Assembly: GCA_034431315.1 (NCBI GenBank)
Contig: DAOUDK010000065.1
Span: 8,542 to 72,541 of the forward strand
Reading direction: 5' to 3'
Source of the DNA: Anaerolineae bacterium
GTDB taxonomy: Bacteria > Chloroflexota > Anaerolineae > VGOG01
DNA: 64,000 bases
The notes beneath the pieces were generated by a model. That model was not told where the DNA came from and did no database searches. It was given only the letters and a program-made list of their open reading frames with translations. The translations under genes and the position numbers were made by a program. Positions 57,023-64,000 of the stretch are shown piece after piece; positions within the stretch are counted from its first letter, which is position 1, and each line of letters begins with the position of its first letter.

Positions 57023-58015
57023 GTGGAAGGCAACGATTTGACATCCAAGCTAGTTTGCGGTAAAATTATGTCAAAAGAAATGGCTATACGAAAAGGTGTT
57101 GCCAGGAGGTCACCAATGTCTGTCGAACAACTGCCGCTCTTTGCCCTGACCAGGGAATCGTCCCTTAGTGCCGCTATCAGCGGCTTTCACGAGCACATGA
57201 TCCGCAAGGGCTTCACGGATAACACCATCTCAGCCTTCCTCAACGACCTGCGCATCCTCACCAGATACCTGGGTGACAACCACCCCCTGAGCCAGATCGG
57301 CACCAACGAGCTCAAGGATTTCATGACCTACTTGCGCCACGACCGAGGCGTGCCCTGCAACCCCAAATCCTATGCTCGCCGCATGACCACTCTGAAGGTG
57401 TTCTTTGGCTGGTTGGCCGAAGAAGGAACCATACCCAACGACCCCGCCGCGCCGCTGATCCACCAACGGGCCAGCACCCCCCTGCCTCAATTCCTCTACC
57501 AGGGCCAGGTGGAGAAGCTCCTGCAGGCTACCGTGGAACTCATGCAGGCTGAAAAACCCGACGCCCGCCCCCACCTGCTGGTCACTCTCCTCCTGCAAAC
57601 GGGCATCAAAAAGAGCGAGTGCATGGCCATCCAGCTTAACGACATTGATACCTCAGAGCCAAAAGCGCCCGTCCTCTACATCCGCTACAGCAACCCCAAG
57701 ATGAAACACAAGGAACGCAAACTACGGCTTTCGGCCGATTTCGTGCCCACCCTGCGCCAGTACCTGGCCGAGTACCAGCCCCAGAAGCAGCTTTTCAAGT
57801 GCACCGCCCGTAATCTAGAGTACGTCCTGGATAACGCGGCACGTCTGGCCGGCTTCGAGACCATCTCCTTCGAGATCCTGCGCTGGACCTGCGCCCTGCG
57901 CGACTACAAGGCCAAGATGCCATCCGACAAACTGCGCCAGAAGTTGGGACTGTCCAGGATCACCTGGGAAGAGGCATCGGAAAAACTGAAGAAGCTGGCC
58001 GCGCCACCCCTCTAA
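57023..58015 (+). CDS. XerD-like tyrosine recombinase homolog with degenerate active site
   Basis: XerD-like N-terminal and catalytic-domain homology, but Arg I is K (QTGIKKSE), the box is LRWTCA not LRHTFA, and no nucleophile Tyr (ITW). Confidence 0.65.
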   Translation: MEGNDLTSKLVCGKIMSKEMAIRKGVARRSPMSVEQLPLFALTRESSLSAAISGFHEHMIRKGFTDNTISAFLNDLRILTRYLGDNHPLSQIGTNELKDFMTYLRHDRGVPCNPKSYARRMTTLKVFFGWLAEEGTIPNDPAAPLIHQRASTPLPQFLYQGQVEKLLQATVELMQAEKPDARPHLLVTLLLQTGIKKSECMAIQLNDIDTSEPKAPVLYIRYSNPKMKHKERKLRLSADFVPTLRQYLAEYQPQKQLFKCTARNLEYVLDNAARLAGFETISFEILRWTCALRDYKAKMPSDKLRQKLGLSRITWEEASEKLKKLAAPPL

Positions 58016-58121
58016 ACGAAAGAACGGCCAACTAGCACCCAGGCAAGTTGGCCGTCCCCTTTGCGATGAGCCAAGTTCTCCCCTCCGCGTTTCGAGTTGC
58101 GAAACAAGAAACCCGAAACTC

Positions 58122-58748
58122 TCACGTCATCTTCACCACGATGTCCCCAATCACATTGGCCGCTGCGTCGCCTCGATCGGCGGCATTGCTCAAGTGGCGA
58201 TATATCTCCCTGAGCTTGAGCATTTCCATTATGTGATCTATGTCTGTGGGTCCGTGGAATAGCTCAGCCAATGCTTCTCTGTAAACGGTCTCCACCCGAT
58301 TCTCCAAAGCCTTAGCCCGCACCGCGTGGTCGTTGGCCACGTTGGGATGATCCTGCAAGCGCACCACCCCCATGTATATCTCATAGGCCGCTTCCCGCAC
58401 CAGCGAGACCATTCGTCGAAGGTAGGAGTTGGATTCCACTTCCAGGATCACCATCTCGTCCACGGTGCTATTGCCATAATCTATGATGTCATCAATGGTC
58501 AGGGAGAGGGCGAAGATGTCCTCGCGATCAATGGGGGTGATAAAGGAGCGGTTGAGTTCGTCAATGAGAATGCGCCGCACCTCATCAGCCTCCTTCTCCA
58601 CCTGAACGAGCCTCTTGGCCACCTCTCTGTCGGTGCTCTCCATAAATTCTTCCAGCAATTCCATGCCTTCCACGGTTTTGGCTGCCTGCTCAATGAGCAA
58701 GCGCATGAATTTGTCCTCGCGAGGCTTAAATAGATCCCTGATTCCCAT
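58122..58748 (-). CDS. DUF47 (PhoU-like phosphate transport regulator)
   Basis: YkaA/DUF47 family. Confidence 0.75.
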   Translation of the reverse strand: MGIRDLFKPREDKFMRLLIEQAAKTVEGMELLEEFMESTDREVAKRLVQVEKEADEVRRILIDELNRSFITPIDREDIFALSLTIDDIIDYGNSTVDEMVILEVESNSYLRRMVSLVREAAYEIYMGVVRLQDHPNVANDHAVRAKALENRVETVYREALAELFHGPTDIDHIMEMLKLREIYRHLSNAADRGDAAANVIGDIVVKMT

Positions 58749-58773
58749 GAGCTCCTTCTCCTCTCTTATGATC

Positions 58774-59769
58774 TTATGACTGCAAAAGTAGATGTATCAC
58801 CAGGTGAAGCAAAGCCGCCAGCGAGGCGGAAGCGGGTATGGTGAGCACCCAGGTGGTAATGATGTTGCCCACCACGTTCCAGCGCACCCTGGAGACGCGC
58901 TCGGCCGAGCCCACGCCAATAATGGCCGAACTAACAACGTGGGTGGTGCTCACAGGCCCGCCCAGGAAAGCCGCCCCAAAGATAATGAAAGCCGAAGCGA
59001 TCTGGGCTGTGAACCCATGCACCGGCCTGATCTTGTAGAATTTGCCCCCCAAAGTTCTTATTATCCGCCAACCCCCAAAAGCTGTCCCCAGGGACATAGC
59101 CCCCGCACAAAGGACCACCACCCACCAGGGAACGCTGAACTCCGAAGAATAGCCTATGGTAACCAGGGCCATAGCGATGATTCCCATGGTCTTCTGGGCA
59201 TCGTTGGTGCCATGGCCCAAGGCCAGGGCCAGGGAAGTTATGATCTGCGCGCGCTTGAAGAACCAGTTGATCCGAGGCGAGGCCCCGCGAGCCAGGAAGA
59301 GCACCAACTTCATCAATAGATACCCTACTACCAAACCCAGGATTGGCGATATGAAGAGAGCGGCTATCACTTTGAGCATTCCCCTCATCTGGATCGTGGC
59401 GAAGCCGAAATCAATGCTCACCGCCCCGATCAATCCGCCCACCAGGGCGTGGGACGAACTGGAGGGAATGCCAAAGGCCCAGGTTACGAGATTCCAGATA
59501 ATGGCCGCCAGTAAAGCGGCGAAGATAACGACAATGGTGATCGCCTGGGGGTCAACTACCTCATGTCCAATGGTAGTGGCTACAGCCACGCCGAAGAGAA
59601 AGGGACCGCAGAAATAGGCCACTGCGCTTAAGGCCAGGGCTTTGCGCGCTGACATGGCTCTCGAGGAGATCATGGTAGCCACGACGTTGCTCGAGCCGTG
59701 GAAGCCGTTTATGAAATCGAAGACCAGTGCCACCCCAATGATGGCGATACCTACAATCGGCAGATTCAA
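58774..59769 (-). CDS. pit: inorganic phosphate transporter, PiT family
   Basis: PHO4/PiT multi-TM with GANDAQK-like motifs. Confidence 0.85.
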   Translation of the reverse strand: MNLPIVGIAIIGVALVFDFINGFHGSSNVVATMISSRAMSARKALALSAVAYFCGPFLFGVAVATTIGHEVVDPQAITIVVIFAALLAAIIWNLVTWAFGIPSSSSHALVGGLIGAVSIDFGFATIQMRGMLKVIAALFISPILGLVVGYLLMKLVLFLARGASPRINWFFKRAQIITSLALALGHGTNDAQKTMGIIAMALVTIGYSSEFSVPWWVVVLCAGAMSLGTAFGGWRIIRTLGGKFYKIRPVHGFTAQIASAFIIFGAAFLGGPVSTTHVVSSAIIGVGSAERVSRVRWNVVGNIITTWVLTIPASASLAALLHLVIHLLLQS

Positions 59770-59908
59770 CTTTTTCCCTCGCTTGTCAACTTATTTCCCG
59801 CGGCAAGCCTGGCGAAGGTTTGCCCTGGCAATCACCATCCTCACCGAGGCGATCATAGCTGCCGAAGAACCTCGTCTAGCTGGCAGCGAACTTGCGCAAG
59901 GCTCAGAT

Positions 59909-60280
59909 CTACTCCACCCGTTCCAACACCACCTTCTCTCCGCTGCGCACCCTATTGAAGATGGTGGGATCACCCTCCAAATGCCCGAAAACGTTGACCG
60001 GGCTGGCCGGGCGGATTTCGTCGCCCCGGCTGGCGGGCGTGCGACCGAAGAAGATGCAGAAGGCATTGCCCGCAGGCCAGTAACCCAAATCGCCCTTCTC
60101 CACCACCGCCTGAGCATTTTCCTCATCCAGGTAAACGGGTATGGAGAAGTAGATCTCGTCACCCCAGGTGTTGGCCTGCGCTTCTATGGGCAAGGCATCC
60201 CAGATGGCTTCGGCCGTCGCGGTCTCGTTTAGCTCCGCAAAGGCGAAGACGGCTCCGGCTGTGATTTTGATCCTGGACAT
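59909..60280 (-). CDS. cyclophilin-like fold protein (DUF3830-like)
   Basis: Family pattern. Confidence 0.5.
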   Translation of the reverse strand: MSRIKITAGAVFAFAELNETATAEAIWDALPIEAQANTWGDEIYFSIPVYLDEENAQAVVEKGDLGYWPAGNAFCIFFGRTPASRGDEIRPASPVNVFGHLEGDPTIFNRVRSGEKVVLERVE

Positions 60281-60332
60281 TGAGAACTCCTTTCGGCCAG
60301 CAGGGGCCTGCGATTAGCTCCCCATTGGCACG

Positions 60333-61622
60333 CTATCGGTACGCCTGCGGCACGTACTCCGGCAGTTTCTTTTCGGCAAAGATGGGCTGGAGGCGGGCGA
60401 ACCGCTGCCGGCCATCAACCAGCGGGATGGTAGGCCAGTCGTCGCCGATGAGGGGGCGAGCGTAGCGCACGAAGTCGTCGGTGACGTCCACTCGACTGGA
60501 CGCGATCCAGCTTTCGGGAAAGGTCCGTTCGGAGTTGGCGACTACTTCCAGTGGCACCTTGTCGTAGCGGACGTGGTAGAGGGGCTCCGTCCCTCGCAAG
60601 ATGGTGGCCATGAAGCCCGAACCTTCGTCGCAGGCTATCAGCACCGCCTTCTGCCCGACCTTGTAAGCCTCCTCCAGGTCAACGCTGGAGGCGTAGATCA
60701 TGTTGTGACGCTGGTCGGTGCCCGACACGTTGCCGCGAGCCGACCCACGGGCGGACAGCCCTACCTCGTTCAGATAACTCACCACCACCCGCTCGACGGT
60801 CATAAGGCTGGAGGAGAACATGGTGTGGCCAAAGGCATCCTTGCGTTCGCCAATGGTGCCAACGTCGAACCCCTCGCTTATCACCACCAGCGCGCGGCCA
60901 CGCTCCCTGAGCATATCGTTCACGTGATCGGCCAACTCCTCCAGGGTCAGGCCCGACTCCCGCATGAAGATGAGCAATGGCATCTCCCTGTCCGGATCGG
61001 CCAGGCGAGCAGCGGCCGGGATGAAGCCGATCTTGCGGCCCATGGCCTGTAACACCAACACCGCGTCGGACGGGCAGGAGCCGGCGTTCTCCTGATCGGC
61101 GTTCTGGACGTTGAGAGCCCAGTAGCGGGCCACCGAGCCGTAGCCGGGGGTGTGATCTATCAACTGGAACTCGCTGTCGCCCACGTCGTTGTCTATGGTC
61201 TTGGGTACTCCGGTAGAAATCAGCTCCAGCCCCCGCTCCTGGGCCAGCAGCGCGATCTTGTGGGCCGTGTCCATCGAGTCGTTGCCACCGATGTAGAAGA
61301 AATAGCCGACGTCGTGGGCGCGAAAGACCTCGATCACCCGCTCAAAATCCTCCTGCTGATGAGCTTTGAGCTTGTAGCGGCAGGTGCCGATGGCCCCGGC
61401 GGCCGGGGTGGTGCGCAGCAGGCAGATCTCTTCAGCCGGCTGGGCGGAGAGGTCGAGCAATTCCTCTTTCAGCACCCCTTCGATACCGTGCCAGCCGGCG
61501 TAAACCGTGCCGAACACATCAGGCATGGCGCGACAGGTCTCCACCACGCCGCGCAGCGAGTTGTTGATCACCGGCGTCGGTCCGCCCGACTGGGCTACGA
61601 CGACGTTTCGTGGTTGGGTCAT
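60333..61622 (-). CDS. pfp: pyrophosphate-dependent 6-phosphofructokinase
   Basis: PFK fold with GGDGS-like motif, PPi-type. Start MTQPRNVVVAQSGG. Confidence 0.8.
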   Translation of the reverse strand: MTQPRNVVVAQSGGPTPVINNSLRGVVETCRAMPDVFGTVYAGWHGIEGVLKEELLDLSAQPAEEICLLRTTPAAGAIGTCRYKLKAHQQEDFERVIEVFRAHDVGYFFYIGGNDSMDTAHKIALLAQERGLELISTGVPKTIDNDVGDSEFQLIDHTPGYGSVARYWALNVQNADQENAGSCPSDAVLVLQAMGRKIGFIPAAARLADPDREMPLLIFMRESGLTLEELADHVNDMLRERGRALVVISEGFDVGTIGERKDAFGHTMFSSSLMTVERVVVSYLNEVGLSARGSARGNVSGTDQRHNMIYASSVDLEEAYKVGQKAVLIACDEGSGFMATILRGTEPLYHVRYDKVPLEVVANSERTFPESWIASSRVDVTDDFVRYARPLIGDDWPTIPLVDGRQRFARLQPIFAEKKLPEYVPQAYR

Positions 61623-61787
61623 GCTTTCCTCCTCATCGGGCGATTCCACCCTGATTATACCAGAAAGTAAATGGCTTGGCAATTCCAGACCATATCGCAG
61701 GAAAGTATAGTACAAAAAGCCAGCCGCGTCAAGAGGCTGAAGAAGCCATTTGACATCCTATAACATCCATGATATAATAAAAACACT

Positions 61788-62144
61788 ATGACCTGGAAAG
61801 TGATCTTCTATGAGACGGAGGCAGGAGAGAGCCCCGTCTGGGATTTCATCTTCAGTCTCTTGGCCAAGGACCAGGCCAAGGTGGTGCGGGCCCTCGATCT
61901 CCTAGAGGAGTTCGGGCTTGAGCTAAGAGCTCCCTACGTGAGGAGCGTGACGGGGCGGCGCAAGCTGTGGGAGCTACGGGTGAGGGGCGCTGGAGGAGCC
62001 TATCGCATCCTGTACTTTGCCTTCACTGGACAGCGTATGGTCATGCTCCACGCCTTCGTAAAGAAGACGAAGAAGACCCCAAGACGAGAGATCGCTATAG
62101 CTGAGAAACGGATGCACGACTTCCTGAGGAGGCACGAATCATGA
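61788..62144 (+). CDS. higB: type II toxin, HigB/RelE (Gp49-like) family
   Basis: Gp49/HigB-like. Overlaps the antitoxin start (ATGA). Confidence 0.7.
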   Translation: MTWKVIFYETEAGESPVWDFIFSLLAKDQAKVVRALDLLEEFGLELRAPYVRSVTGRRKLWELRVRGAGGAYRILYFAFTGQRMVMLHAFVKKTKKTPRREIAIAEKRMHDFLRRHES

Positions 62145-62422
62145 GGGCGCTAGACGATTTGAAAGCACAACTGAGGCAGAACCCAGAGTTTGTCAGGGAA
62201 TACGAAGCCCTGGAGCCAGAGTACCAGGTGGCGCGGGCTGTGCTGGCCTTGCGTCTACAAAAAGGGCTTTCCCAGGCGGAGTTGGCAGAGAGGGCGGGAA
62301 CGAAGCAGGCCAGCGTCTCTCGTGTAGAGCGGGCGGAGACCGTGCCCTCGCTGACCTTGCTGAAGAAGCTGGCCGCTGCCCTGGGCACGCGGGTGGAGAT
62401 CCGCCTGGTGCCCAAGGATTAA
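62141..62422 (+). CDS. higA: HTH XRE-family antitoxin HigA
   Basis: HTH_XRE (LSQAELAERAGTKQASVSRVE). Confidence 0.7.
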   Translation: MRALDDLKAQLRQNPEFVREYEALEPEYQVARAVLALRLQKGLSQAELAERAGTKQASVSRVERAETVPSLTLLKKLAAALGTRVEIRLVPKD

Positions 62423-62513
62423 GCCGAGATGACAAAAAAGCTCCTCGACTTTCGAGGAGCCAGGGGCACGGCCAAGCTGCGGCGACAGCCTGGCGAGTAG
62501 CGTATAGATAATA

Positions 62514-62547
62514 GCCCGTCTGCCACAAGTTGGCGGGCGGTTTTTTT
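62514..62547 (+). terminator. rho-independent terminator after higBA
   Basis: cccgtctgcc-acaagtt-ggcgggcgg followed by TTTTTTT. Confidence 0.5.
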
Positions 62548-62557
62548 GGTCGGTTAT

Positions 62558-62704
62558 GTCTAAACGCATTAGGGTAAAAGTCGCACGTAAGCCGGCGCTA
62601 CCCCCACATATTGGGTCGGTCACGGCTTCCGCACCCCAAGATATGGGGGTGCGCTGGCGCTTTCGCTTATATTACGTGTTACTTTTACCGCAATGCGTCT
62701 AAAC
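62558..62704. mobile_element. 147-bp MITE-like element with about 33-bp imperfect terminal inverted repeats and flanking TA
   Basis: gtctaaacgcattagggtaaaagtcgcacgtaa ... ttacgtgttacttttaccgcaatgcgtctaaac, plus an internal ccccacatattggg/cccaagatatggggg IR. Confidence 0.45.
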
Positions 62705-62750
62705 TATGAGTGGTATCTTGTGATCACATTACAGGAAAGGAGAACCCTTT

Positions 62751-64000
62751 ATGAAAGCCAAGCTACAAGAGCTCAAAACTCGTCTCATTGAGATCAACGA
62801 TCTGGAGTCCGCGGCTGCGCTATTGAGCTGGGACCAGTCAACCTACATGCCGCCTGGCGGTGCAGCGGCCCGCGCGCGTCAACTGGCCACGCTGGGGCGA
62901 CTGGCCCACGAGAAGTTCACCGACCCGGCCATCGGGAAGCTGCTGGAAGAACTGCGGCCCCACGAAGAGAGCCTGCCCTACGATTCGGACGAGGCCAGCC
63001 TCATCCGCGTCACGCGACGCAATCACGAGAGAGCGGTAAAGGTGCCAGCGTCTTTTGTGGCGCAGCTCTCCAACCACACGTCCCTGTCTTATGAGGTCTG
63101 GGCCAAGGCCCGGCCAACGAACGACTTTCCTGCCGTGCAGCCTTACCTCGAAGAGACGCTCGACCTGAGCCGGCAACTGGCCGATTTCTTCCCCGGCTAC
63201 GAGCACATCGCCGACCCCTTGATTGACTTCAGGGACTACGGCATGAAGGCCTCCACTATCAGCGCCCTCTTTGCCGAGTTGCGCCAGCAACTCGTGCCCC
63301 TCGTGCAGGCCATCACCGCCCAGCCCGCTGCGGACGATTCGTGCTTGCACCAGACCTTCCCCGAAGCGCAGCAGTGGGCCTTTGGCCTGGAGGTCATCAA
63401 ACGCTTCGGGTACGACTTCAAGCGAGGGCGACAGGACAAAAGCCCCCACCCGTTCACGACCGGGTTCTCCATCGGCGACGTGCGCATCACCACCCGCGTC
63501 AAGGAAAACAACCTGGGCGAAGCGCTGTTCGGCACGCTGCACGAGTCCGGCCACGCGATGTACGAGCAGGGCATTCGAGAAGACTTCGAGGGCACGCCGC
63601 TGGCCGGGGGGACGTCATCGGGCGTCCACGAGAGCCAATCCCGCCTGTGGGAGAACATCGTCGGGCGCAGCCGGGGCTTCTGGCGGTTCTTCTATCCCCA
63701 ACTCCAGGCGGTCTTCCCCGACCAACTGGGGTCGGTGTCGTTGGAAACGTTCTACCGCGCGATCAACAAAGTCCAGCGCTCGCTGATCCGCACCGACGCC
63801 GACGAAGTGACCTACAACCTGCACGTCATGCTACGCTTCGACTTCGAGCTGGCCCTGCTGGAAGGTCGCTTGGCGGTGTGCGATCTGCCCGAGGCGTGGC
63901 GCGAGCGCTACGAAGCTGACCTGGGCATCGTCCCACCCGACGACCGCGACGGCGTGCTGCAGGATGTACACTGGTACAGCAGCATCATCGGTGGCGCCTT
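62751..64000 (+). CDS. M32 carboxypeptidase (Taq-like), 3' end truncated by the window
   Basis: HESGHAMYEQG HExxH motif and M32 family similarity. The ORF is open to the window end. Confidence 0.8.
   Translation, partial: MKAKLQELKTRLIEINDLESAAALLSWDQSTYMPPGGAAARARQLATLGRLAHEKFTDPAIGKLLEELRPHEESLPYDSDEASLIRVTRRNHERAVKVPASFVAQLSNHTSLSYEVWAKARPTNDFPAVQPYLEETLDLSRQLADFFPGYEHIADPLIDFRDYGMKASTISALFAELRQQLVPLVQAITAQPAADDSCLHQTFPEAQQWAFGLEVIKRFGYDFKRGRQDKSPHPFTTGFSIGDVRITTRVKENNLGEALFGTLHESGHAMYEQGIREDFEGTPLAGGTSSGVHESQSRLWENIVGRSRGFWRFFYPQLQAVFPDQLGSVSLETFYRAINKVQRSLIRTDADEVTYNLHVMLRFDFELALLEGRLAVCDLPEAWRERYEADLGIVPPDDRDGVLQDVHWYSSIIGGA

Noticed and set aside
62838-63919. Minus- and plus-frame ORFs (62838..63554, 63236..63658, 63271..63786, 63341..63919) near the window end
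   Set aside because: All lie inside the M32 carboxypeptidase gene in alternative frames. The true gene is open to the window end and so is absent from the ORF list.

Overview
Core chromosome of a high-GC bacterium, probably Chloroflexi-like, with one lower-GC mosaic accessory island. Coordinates are hand-derived from the ORF track and may be off by 1-2 nt; CDS ends include the stop codon. Core genes include a gyrA 5' end, rpoC (TTG start, large lineage-specific insertion), xerC-like recombinase, prfB (classic +1 frameshift), ftsY, moaC-MOSC-thrC, fabF, rnc, smc, era, yhhQ, ttuB-ttuA, cspA, pckG, lactate genes (larA, glcDF, Ldh_2), AOR, tRNA-Lys, pit/DUF47, PPi-PFK and higBA. A notable metabolic cluster at 16.2-26.4 kb encodes a soluble FrdAB-like fumarate reductase, two HdrA paralogs, HdrBC and class-I fumarase FumAB. 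The island at about 29.7-39.6 kb is built from nested duplications: a triplicated ttuB-csp-sRNA segment, a NYN gene insertion, a putative sRNA in two copies, a PD-(D/E)xK-like candidate defence gene, a four-copy small-gene family around a LysM-FGE lipoprotein, a DUF3467/HicB-like pair, a 5x60-bp tandem-repeat membrane protein and MITE-like palindromes. Other features: tandem heptamer arrays (about 5x7 nt) just upstream of the RBS of several genes, three paralogous DUF4258-like/DUF2283-like two-gene cassettes placed as leaders of metabolic genes, an acyl-CoA dehydrogenase with an in-frame TGA, a catalytically degenerate XerD-like gene next to the tRNA, and two copies of a 62-bp REP-like palindrome.
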